Assembly (NCBI GenBank): GCA_964035545.1
Contig: OZ037771.1
Coordinates: 15,347,289 to 15,411,288, forward strand
DNA: 64,000 nucleotides
Source: Bugula neritina
Lineage: Eukaryota; Animalia; Bryozoa
Direction of reading: 5' to 3'
Made by a program: the position numbers and the translations under genes. Below the pieces are notes generated by a model. That model did not search any database. It had not been told where the DNA came from and saw only the letters and a list, made by a program, of their open reading frames with translations. Below, one piece after another: positions 23,691 to 34,809 of the stretch (its first letter is position 1; each line of letters opens with the position of its first letter).

Positions 23691-26595
23691 TCAGTACACT
23701 GACTTTCTGCTTTTCATCACGGAACGTTTTGAACCGACTGTTGAAGGTCGACGACTCATCCTTGAAGCAGACGGTTTGACTCTAGAAGGCTGCCTAGACA
23801 TAGACTTCCTCGACTTGAAGCGAGACGGGGACGGGCCAAGACGTGACTTTGACGATCCCATTCGAGATCTACGAGAGTTGAGTTTAGAAGGCTGTCTCCT
23901 GACGGAGGCGCGACTCGCGATGTCTCCAGCAGATCTGCCCGTTGAGGACTGCTTGGACTGCAACGTCCTTGACTCGGATCTGCTTTTCTTAGCTCGACCT
24001 CCGTGATGAGGGGAACTGGACTGTGGAGAGAGTGAAGGGTTAGTGGAAACATAACTCCTTGTCTAACTGACAAGTCTGTCTTAACACAATTCAAGTAACT
24101 CTGTCTTAACAAAATTTAGCTTCAAATTCACATTTCATAATAATTGTCAGGATAGAAAATGGTTATGGCTGCTCAACCAGTCCCATCAAAAGTTTAATTA
24201 TAATATGTTAGATGCTACAATCAAACCACCATTGTCTACTCGTACCTTAGCGGCTCTCCTGTCTTTATGATTATCTCCCTCGTCGCCTCTGTCCGCATAC
24301 CCACCCGAGAATATGTCATAGAGGGGTTCGCCGGGCTGGCGGGTGCAGGGTGCTGTGGCACATGTCGGCACGCATGACGGTACCGCAGGTGCGGCTGTTT
24401 GAGCATGCTGATTGGTTGTTGGTGGCCATTGGGTAGTCATGTCCTACAACATACACTAAGTAGACAACTCCAACATGCACTAGAGACATCATACTAAGTA
24501 GACAACTCCAACATGTACTAGAGACATTACACAAAGTAGATAACTCCAACATGTACTAGAGACATTACACTAAGTAGACAACTCCAACATGTACTAGAGA
24601 CATTACACAAAGTAGATAACTCCAACATGTACTAGAGACATTACACTAAGTAGACAACTCCAACTGCTTACCATGTGTTTGAGGGCTCCAGGCACGGAGT
24701 TCCTGTCCATAGAGGACATTGGATAGAGATCATTGTCTGTATAATAAGCTGGTTGTGTACATTTGTGGAAAGTCTGGTTGAAACTTTCCGCCACTCCCAG
24801 GTTGTTCCAACGCAGACAAAAAGTTTCAGAACGAGGCTGAAGAGAAGCGAAGTCAATGGCGGACCATCGCGAGATGTGGATACCCTGATTTTCATCCCTT
24901 TGGATATTACAAAGTAAGTATATGGTATATAAGTGTATGAGTATATAGTAAGTATATGAGTATAGTAAGTATATAATATAGTAAGTATATAGTATATAGT
25001 AAGTATATAATATAGTAAGTATATAGTATATAGTAAGTATACTAGTATAGTGAGTATATAGTATAGTAAAGTAAGTATATAGTATATAGTAAGTGTATGT
25101 TGTACCTGAAAAGTGCCATGTTCTTGGTCAGCTCATGGTTCATTAGCACGACGTCACACGTGTTTTTCATGACTATTTTGTATTTGTCAGCCTCTGGGTA
25201 GAAGGTGATGGTCACCATTCCATCTCCTATTCTCTTGAGTAAATTCAGTTTTATTATATTATATTATATATTATATTATATTATATTATATTATATTATA
25301 TTATATGCTTCATTATATTATATTATATGTTTCATTACATTATATTATATTATATGTTATATTATATTATATGTTATATTATATTATATTATATGTTATA
25401 CTATAATACATATTGTAGTATTAGCTATATCTCTGCACTACACTCTATATTATAATACGTACCACGTGCAAGCATTTACTCATAATATTCAACAACATAG
25501 TATACTGTAACTACTAACTTATACTGACTAATTACTACTAACAGGAGTTGTCTACCTTCCAATATCTACCACACTGTGTAAAGGCTTGGGCCCAGCCAGC
25601 AAACATATGTCTCTGTGTGCACTTGTTCAGGTTGGGCTTTACAATGCCCCATCTTGCGGACAGACTAAATAGTCCATTCAGCAGAGATTTGGTTGGTTTG
25701 CACTCCACTACAACACAAATATAGAACCACTACTAGTTAACTAGACTAGAGTTAAAATAGTTGGAGTTATTTGCTCCTGTGCCACCATGTTCTAGCTGGA
25801 ACAATGTTGATGGATTAGAATCTTAGATTTTGAATTACCAAACATATAGATGTAGGCCACTGCAGACTATTAGCTTAGCTAGCAGATAGTTAACTAGTAA
25901 ATAGTTAGCTAGTAGGTAGTTAACTAGTAGATAGTTAACTAGTAGATAGTTAACTAGTAGATAGTTAGCTAGTAGATAGTTAACTAGTAGATAGTTAGCT
26001 AGTAGATAGTTAACTAGTAGATAGTTATACTAGTAGTTAGTTATACTAGTAGTTAGTTATACTAGTAGATAGTTAACTAGTAGATAGTTAGCTAGTAGAT
26101 AGTTAACTAGTAGATAGTTATATTAGTAGTTAGTTATACTAGTAGTTAGTTATACTAGTAGATAGTTAACTAGTAGATAGTTAGCTAGTAGATAGTTAGC
26201 TAGTAGATAGTTATAATAGTAGATAGTTAGCTAGTAGATAGTTAGCTAGTAGATAGTTAACTAGTAGGTAGTTATAATAGTAGATAGTTAACTAGTAGAT
26301 AGTTAACTAGTAGATAGTTAGCTAGTAGATAGTTAACTAGTAGATAGTTATACTAGTAGATAGTTAGCTAGTAGATAGTTAACTAGTAGATAGTTATACT
26401 AGTAGATAGTAACATGTTCTCACCAGGGTAGAGGTTACCAAACTCATCTCTGTCGTACCTCTCCAGGTAAAACCTTCTAAACAGGTTGATGCTGGTGTAG
26501 ATGAGCAGAGTGATGGTAACTATTAGAGTCAAGGTGTACTTGGTAGGTATTGGTAGGTTGGGTATGATGCCTGCTGACCCTGCGGTGAGACACAT
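23691..26595 (-). CDS. Divergent RanBP1-type Ran-binding-domain (PH-fold) protein with a highly basic Ser/Arg/Lys-rich C-terminal tail, 7 exons, ~380 aa
   Basis: Exons 26595-26540, 26476-26424, 25707-25556, 25233-25106, 24897-24672, 24443-24246 and 24020-23691 join in frame. YWKRIGDGMVTITFYPEADKYKIVMKNTCDVVLMNHELTKNM...RWSAIDFASLQPRSETFCLRWNNLGVAESFNQTFHKC parallels the RanBD pattern WKERGxGxVK...R.LMR...ANH...W.W.A.DFAD...E...IRF...A..F...FE. Confidence 0.72.
25880..26412. repeat. Intronic minisatellite (15-bp unit tagttaactagtaga)
   Basis: Tandem copies in intron 2 of the RanBD-like gene. Confidence 0.9.
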
Positions 26596-27769
26596 TGTAC
26601 TTTATACTCTGTGACTGAGAGTTACTATAACTAGTCACTCTTGCTCTGTGACTCACAGTTAGAGTTGGACTGTAACTAATAACTCTAGCACTAGTAACTG
26701 TGACTAATGACTCTACTACTAGTAACTGTTACTAATGACTCTACTACTAGTAACTGTGACTAATAACTCTATCACTAGTACCTGTGACTAATAACTCTAT
26801 CACTAGTAACTGTGACTAATGACTGTACTAGTAGTAGCTCTTACTAGTAACTCCATGACTAGTGGTAACTGTTACTATTTGTATGCAAGTTCATACAGTA
26901 TATACAAGTATAATACTTGACAATTTAAACAACATGTTTATTGTTTACAACAGACTAAGCTTTGACATTCACTGAACTAAGTTCTACAGCAAAGTACATA
27001 AGAAGTTGTATTCTCTTGTAGTAAAGTGTAAATCTATCAGAGAGCCCTTTAGTAAATTCACTGCATTTGAGTAAAGTGGGAATTTGTAATTATTATCATT
27101 TACTATTACTATATATCATATCAATATATCTCATATTATTACAATATATCATATCAATATATCTCGTATCATTATAATATACCATATCCTTATATTATAT
27201 CTTTATAATATATCATCTTTTTATATCATATCCTTATAATCTATCTTTATAATATATCGTATCATTTACAATATATTATATCATATTTTTATCATATATC
27301 AATAATTATAATCATATTTAATCATATATCATTCCCAGTTGTTGGAATAGTTTGCCTGCAAGTTAGCTCATGCTCTTCTCAGTAGATGTGATAGTAATAT
27401 TCTAGTATACAGGGGGGATAATTTACCTGGGTGAAAGGGGGAGGAGAACAGACCCCCTAAAACAAAAGAGATATTAGCATTTAGCAGCAATGTGGCAATA
27501 AGTACATTCTTCATCATAATACAAGTGTTAGGAAACTACATGCACATGTAAACAGTATCCTGATGACATGAATGCATAGCACCTTAGGAATGCAGCATTT
27601 GAATAGCTGACATTCCCTTTAATTGGTTTATTGTTATTCTTCAAAGTTTACAATTTACATGAGAGCTAACGGGTGCTAATTGCTATTACAATCCCACTTT
27701 GGTGACAGATAATATGCAGTATAGCGAACAACTGGTGAAACGTATAGTAACTGTCCTTGGGTAACTTAA

Positions 27770-28531
27770 AGGATTGCTCTATCTTGTCTAATAAATGGCC
27801 ATTTAGGTCAAACACACATAATATTGTGTTTTTCTAAGCATGCATTGACAAAAAGCATTTGACCAAAGGTAGAAAAAGTTAGTTGGAGTTGAGGGTGTAG
27901 ATTGGTAACAGCCAAAATTTGAAATGAGCTGGGAAATGTGACGTAACAGCGCCAGCATTCCTGCTGGTCACGTGACTATACAAATGAATAACTATAGAAA
28001 TATGACTGTGAGATGTGATCTTTCAGCTCGTAATTTGTATATTTATAGAAGTGCAAATGTGAATTATCTCAATCTATAATTTTTTGACATTTTAAATAAC
28101 ATGTATGTAATAACATTAGGCCATATTTTGCTTGTAAACATTAGGAAAAAGCATTGCAAAAACATGCGTTCTTTAGGATGAATGCCTGCGATCGATCTAA
28201 ACTAGGTCAGATTGTGCAATATTACGGGCACACCAAAGCTGACCTATATAGCGCACTGTAACTGCTTGAGCGTTATTGGTTGATATTGTGCTCAGCAACC
28301 TTGAATACTAGCGTTATAGTTAGCACGTGCAGCATAGTTACTGGCGTTCACACGTCACGTATTAGGCTATTCTTTTTCATGGCTGAAAATTGTACCTCCC
28401 TCAAAATTGGAATTTTGAAAAGCTGTTTTCTAGGCATATATTCCTTTGCAAAGTCACAATTGTTTGCATACACATTAAATTATAGTTCATAATTATAATG
28501 TGATTGTAATAAACTAAGATTGAGCAATCCT
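27770..28531. mobile_element. Non-autonomous TTAA-targeting DNA transposon (Kolobok-like), 762 bp
   Basis: TTAA|AGGATTGCTCTATCTT ... AAGATTGAGCAATCCT|TTAA: 16-bp TIR with one mismatch, TTAA target duplication and AGG termini. No coding capacity seen. Confidence 0.7.
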
Positions 28532-29104
28532 TTAAACAGATCAGGTTTTACCCATAGGTAATGGGGAAGCAGACAAATGCTGTTACTTATTGCATCAATT
28601 TCCCAAAACATCCATCAACTATGGTAATACTTGTAATATATTAGCTCCTACTGCAGTCAAAGGGATTGGTTGCAGTTAATTCTATTTCAACAGAGCAGAC
28701 TTGATTCACTTCCTTGTTACAATATAATATTTCTCTGTCACACCTAGTAGAGCTTAGCCACAGCTAGCCAACACCAAGTTACTGGCAGACTATGCCCAAT
28801 ATTCTAAGATTACTTTATTCTAGTTTATAATAGCAAAGTTATTCGAATTCCAAAGAGTGGGGCACTATCACTAGTAGAGTGACAGACTGTAACTTAGTAA
28901 ATGTTGAAACATGGCAACACACTCAATGCTGTGTATAGAACTTTATTGAATTTGTTTCTTCCGTCACAACTACATTATGACTGCAGCCTATAATATCACA
29001 CTGTTCTATTTCTGTCAGATAATGTACACGTTTCACCATCCAATGTAATGTCAATGACTGGTGACTCTTACCAATACTTCCTTCCAGCTGATAAGATACC
29101 AAGT

Positions 29105-29680
29105 TTACTCTATACTAAACTCTATACTGAGTACTACAGTATATACTACACTATACTCTATACTCTATACTAAATTCTATACTGAGTACTACAGTATATA
29201 CTACACTATACTTTATACTACATTCTATACTGGGTACTACAGTATGTACTACACTATACTCTATACTACATTCTATACTGGGTACTACAGTATGTACTAC
29301 ACTATACTCTATACTACATTCTATACGGAGTACTACAGTATGTACTACAGTATACTCTGTAGCCTACTACACTATACTCTGTATACTACATACTATACTA
29401 TACTCTGTATACTACATACTATACTATATACTACACTACACTACACTCTATATTATATGCTGTAGCCTACTACACTATACTCTGTATACTACATACTATA
29501 CTATACTATATACTATACTATATACTATACTATATACTATACTATATACTATACTATATACTATACTATATACTATACTATATACTATACTATATACTAT
29601 ACTATATACTATACTATATACTATACTATATACTATACTATATACTATACGCTGTAGCCTACTGCACTATACTCTGTAGA
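29105..29680. repeat. Composite mini/microsatellite (tatac-rich)
   Basis: Tandem tatac/tatactatacta units. Confidence 0.85.
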
Positions 29681-30047
29681 CTGGTATTTCTACTAGACAG
29701 CCACTCCACAAGCCGGCCAAATCAAGTCATTGAGGAAGCATGTTTGCCAACATTTTTCCTATTCTGTTCTAAATATAGATTTGGTTGCTCGGTTATTTAT
29801 CTCTTTTTTATGTATTATTCAATTAATTTGTTGTTCATATAATACAATATAGTAAACATATTATAAGCTATGAAGGTCAAATATGTTACTAGTAGAATAC
29901 TACTAACTGTAGACTTTACAGCTTACTGTTTATAGCTACAGCTTACTGTTCATACTAAGCTTTCTCCAGCTTCCTATGAGTTATAGTTACAGCTTTTCTG
30001 GAAAAATTTAATTAAATGTCAACATAAATATGATCTAATCTGCAATA

Positions 30048-30101
<54 letters not shown>

Positions 30102-30123
30102 TATATGTATATATATATATATA

Positions 30124-30284
30124 GTTTCTATATTTAAAAAATGAATCAAAAGAACTCAATATTTCAAAAAATAGAGTATTTATATTTGGTACTGATACAA
30201 TTTGGGATATAAAATAAACTTATATATTCATTTTATCGACTACAATATTGTTTCACGTAGTGCAAGCTACGATCATATATATAT

Positions 30285-30329
<45 letters not shown>

Positions 30330-30569
30330 TCTATATTTAAAAAATTGAATCAAAAGAACTCAATATTTCAAAAAATAGAGTATTTATATTTGGTACTGAT
30401 ACAATTTGGGATATAAAATAAACTTATATATTCATTTTATCGACTACAATATTGTTTCACGTAGTGCAAGCTACGTAGATGATCGTAGCTTGCACTACGT
30501 GAAACAATATTGTAGTTGATAAAATGAATATATAAGTTTATTTTATATCCAAAATTGTATCAGTACCAA

Positions 30570-30574
<5 letters not shown>
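30124..30574. mobile_element. Penelope-like/retrozyme-type repeat remnants: two direct copies and one inverted copy of a ~150-bp unit carrying a 5'-truncated hammerhead motif, embedded in (TA)n
   Basis: Copies at 30124-30276 and 30327-30475, with an inverted partial copy at 30478-30574. The plus-strand motif is GATGA-t-cgtag-cttgca-ctacg-t-GAAAC-aatatt-GTA. Confidence 0.6.
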
Positions 30575-30608
<34 letters not shown>

Positions 30609-30637
30609 AAAGTAATGAACGATAAAATTTGATTTAA

Positions 30638-30698
30638 AACACTTTATTACTACTAGTTTCATGTGCATAGAATGTACACAATCTTCAGATAAAATGTT
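30638..30698 (-). ncRNA. Minimal type I hammerhead ribozyme (minus-strand copy)
   Basis: Exact reverse complement of 30709-30769 within a perfect palindrome. Confidence 0.72.
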
Positions 30699-30708
30699 AA
30701 GACATCTT

Positions 30709-30769
30709 AACATTTTATCTGAAGATTGTGTACATTCTATGCACATGAAACTAGTAGTAATAAAGTGTT
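30709..30769 (+). ncRNA. Minimal type I hammerhead ribozyme (plus-strand copy); predicted cleavage after GUA at 30759
   Basis: Helix I aacattttat/ataaagtgtt (one G-U); core CTGAAGA at 30719-30725; helix II tgtgta/tgcaca with a 7-nt loop; GAAAC at 30747-30751; short helix III containing palindromic ACTAGT; GTA triplet at 30757-30759. Confidence 0.72.
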
Positions 30770-30851
30770 TTAAATCAAATTTTATCGTTCATTACTTTTA
30801 TTTACTCTGCTCTGCACTGCATTGAGCTCTCTTTAGTGGTAAACTATACAC

Positions 30852-30949
<98 letters not shown>

Positions 30950-31083
30950 TGAATACACACAGCATCATTCACCAGATTAATTACAGAAACAGTATCTATC
31001 TTCAACACTAGGAGGAAATATTTCCCTTCCAACAATGTCCGACTAGCTAATATCATGACAATGGCTCAGCACGCATGGTGTAA

Positions 31084-31197
31084 TGACGTCATGCCTAACA
31101 ATCACTCTAAGTGATTATTATATCCAAGGTCATTTGACCTCAGGGTCACCGTGTATTATAGCTAGCAGTAAACGCAGCACTGGCTAGTGGTATATAA
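31084..31197 (+). promoter_or_regulatory. Candidate promoter of Ras-fold gene 1: CRE (TGACGTCA), AGGTCA-tt-TGACCT palindrome and TATA box
   Basis: CRE at 31084-31091, inverted nuclear receptor half-sites at 31127-31140, tatataa at 31191-31197 and a donor gaa|gtaagt at 31250 (probable non-coding exon). Confidence 0.4.
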
Positions 31198-32240
31198 GTA
31201 TGTTGGTGGCAAGGAACTGTTTAAACAGAGATAAGCCGGCTATCTTGAAGTAAGTGTTGATATTTCCATAGTATTTAGGATGTATAATTGGCTGGTATAT
31301 AGTAATAAGCCAGTATGTGTAGTGTTATGATATTTATAGAAGTATTGTATATTAGAATAGCTTGTAATCTAATATTTAATCTACTCAATGCAAGTGTTTA
31401 GCCTTTATATTCAATACTCTGTACTCTACACGCACCGATAGTATATTCTGTAGAGTAAGTTTTACCTTAAATAATATAATATTCTTACAGACTAAGGACT
31501 TCATTATACATATATAAACAGAAAAACATTATAATCATTTACTACTTTATTTATCTAAATAAATAAATAAATTTATATATTGAGATACCACTGTGTTCAT
31601 CTTCAGAGTTATTTGAATAAAATTTCATTCAAATAACTCTGAAGTAGTATTCAGAAATAAAAGTTTTATATATTATTTAGGTAGAACAATGAAATAGTAA
31701 ACAAGAAAAGTTTCCTATTTATTTATTTTTAACTTTAGTAATGTTTATGATTATCAGGACATGATGTTTACCATAATTATGTTAATTTTGTTTACTATTA
31801 ATAATACTGTATTGATATTCTTTAGAATATTCAGTTTATGTAGGAAGCATATCAAATTACTATATTATAATGAAATTCGTGGAATGGTGAATATTTCATT
31901 TGTTTTAGCAAGCAGTGATACATGGTTTTGCATGAGTTTTTATCTTTTTATCTAAACTAGTTTAGCAAGTAAGTCTAATTCCTCAACAGTGAAACCAAAA
32001 ACAATATAGAATACAAGTATTATGGCGGTAAGATATTCTGGCTGCCTCAGTATTACTACCACATACTAAGGCAGCGTCTGTATAACTCCAGTAGGATTAC
32101 ATGGCTGTGCTTTCTGTAACTACTTACTAAGTTGACAGGTCACTAGTGATAGTCTCTATTGAATCAGTTCATCTGTGCTGACAATACAGCTGAGTTCATT
32201 GCTGACTGTATATGTTGTGTAGAAGGAGAGTTAGAGTGAC

Positions 32241-33015
32241 ATGACAGAAGGGAGGGGCTACAACGTGCTGCTGATAGATTGTGGGGGCGTGGCCGAGCAG
32301 TTCTCTCTGGTCAGCCAGTGTCTGCCAAGGTCAGGCAGCACGTCAGGGGTCAGGAAGACCTGTGTGCAGGTAAGCTGTGCGGACTATGATGTCATATCCT
32401 ACTGAGTTACTCCTCTCATTCACTCAACTGCTCAATAAGCTTTCTCTCCTACTTGATATTGTAGAACCATTTTTATTAGTTTTGAAAAACAATTTACTTA
32501 ACTTTAGATAAGAATGTTTCATTTCTAATTTGAGCTGCTGATTTGATGTATCAGAAGGTGAAGGTCATATGACAGAGTAGAACTGTCTACATTTCTTGCA
32601 GGTAGATGACGAACAGAGTGTCAAATTCTACAGCCGATCATTTTCTGACTCTCACATTAAAGAGTCAATACCCAGTGATGTTGATGTTTTTATCATATTC
32701 TACGACACAACAAAACCAGAAACAGTGACAGTATATGACAATTTCATACGAGTAGTAGCATTAACTGAAAAGAAAGTGGTACGGGTGGTGGGCATTCAGC
32801 CCCTATCACACAAACGTTGTCTCAAGCGCAAGTCACTAAGATCTAAGTCTATTGGTTACAGATGGGGAGACAACCACCAAATAGTCAGTGTGTCAAGCAG
32901 CCCTGAGATGGTTCGCAGAGAGCTGTACAGAAGTATTGGGGCGGAGTTGATCAACGGCCACGCCCACACTTCCTTTAATGACACTAATCAAGTGGCGGAG
33001 TGTGCCATCTTGTAG
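32241..33015 (+). CDS. Ras-superfamily-fold protein with CAAX (CAIL) and degenerate G motifs (putative pseudo-GTPase 1), 2 exons, 180 aa
   Basis: Exons 32241-32369 and 32602-33015. YNVLLIDCGGVAEQ (G1 position), VDVFIIFYDTTKPET (beta4-like), VRVVGIQP (G4 position), ends CAIL. Paralogous to 34810-35819 with the same intron position. Confidence 0.72.
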
Positions 33016-34544
33016 AAGTTGTCCCCCTCTCCCCTCTGCTCTAACAGATTCGCTATTATACCCTCACACAACAGCTGCTGCAAATGTTGAGAATTCAGCA
33101 ACTATTTTTACTTCCTGTTGACTGCTGTGGGAGAGAGACATTTTACAGTGAAGATCTGAAGTGGTGGTTATTCAGCTATGAAATCTCCGAGTATTTTACC
33201 TTCTCCTCTGACTGATAAAAAGACTATTTCAGAAGGTTATGCAATGCCCCCTCTATTTATTCTACAATTGCTGTGAGCTCAACTATATCCCGGTTCTAAA
33301 TTTATAATATTTTACTCAAAAATGCCTTTCTATTTACTAAACTTTTATATTACGACTTTTTTCCCCATCACCGTATTTTTAGGTTCTATATTTAACATCT
33401 ATTATTACACTGCTATTATTTTCCATGTATTTATATTATTTATTATATTATATGGTAGTAACTTATTGATCAATCTAAATATAATAAAGAAGCCTCAAAA
33501 TACAACAAATTTCTGTTAACTGCAAATACCTGGGTAAATGAAAAGTTGCTTTATTGGTGAACTAGTTTTAGCACTATTGGAAAACAAATCAGATCAGTTT
33601 ACTGGACCAGTATATCAGACCATTTTACTGGACCAGTATACCAGACCAGTGTACTAGACCAATATATCAGACAAGTATACCAGACTAGTATATCAGACCA
33701 GTATACCAGACTAGTATATTAGACCAGTATATCAGACCAGTGTACTAGACCAATATATCAGACCAGTATACCAATCTACTCACCATGACTAAGCTACCAT
33801 ATATATGTATTATACAGAGACTAAGGTCATGTCACGTGATTGTTCTGATATGACTCACTAGTTCAGACTATTGCAGGCGTCACGCTACGCACTAACGCCA
33901 TCAGCAATATTTCACCATGATATGTTGACAGTTCTGCTAGATGGTGATTCGCCTGTCAAGGATTATGATTTCACTTTGCAGCGTCCAGTCTTTCATTCAG
34001 TGGAGAAGTGCTGGTGAGTGTACAAGGTATATCATTATATTGAATTATTCTATATTATATTGTATATAGTGTAATACTTACTGTGTATATTTCTATGTAT
34101 TCCACTGTCTCCACATTATATTATATTACACAGTGTATTACTTACTGTGTATTATACTATAATGTGTTCTACATTACATTATATAAACATGGTGTATTAC
34201 TGTGAACACCTAGAACTTGATATAATGTACACGGATATGTATTAAATTGTACTTACACCTGTGTAACATACTTATACACATAACTACACTGGTGTATATG
34301 ATATATCATGTCTATACTAAACTGAGCAGCTCTATACACTAGCTATACCCACTACCCCTCCTTATCCTAGGGGAATACATGCAGATCTTCTCAACTCCCT
34401 TGGTAGAGCCTGTGAAAATCCACTGCAACAATGATCTGCGTCTCACTATATGTCGTCAGCCAGTGAGAAGCTCAAGTAGCCAATGGTTTTACTCTTATTT
34501 CATTTTTAAATCTCACTCTCTCACTCTCCCAGTCTCTTGCTCTC

Positions 34545-34653
34545 TCACTCGCTCACTCACTCACTCACTCACTCACTCACTCACTCACTCACTCACTCAC
34601 TCACTCACTCACTCACTCACTCACTCACTCACTCACTCACTCACTCACTCACT
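34545..34653. repeat. (CACT)n microsatellite
   Basis: Directly visible. Confidence 0.95.
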
Positions 34654-34809
34654 CTCTAGTCTCAATAGAGTGAGATTCTGCTCCATGTATAGCCCTAGCT
34701 CTATGTGGCCTAGCCTTAGTCTTCTACTAGCTGTAAAATAACACACAGCATTCCAATGCCTATGTATTTCAACTTGTATGTATACTTTTAGTTGATAGGC
34801 AGCACAAAT

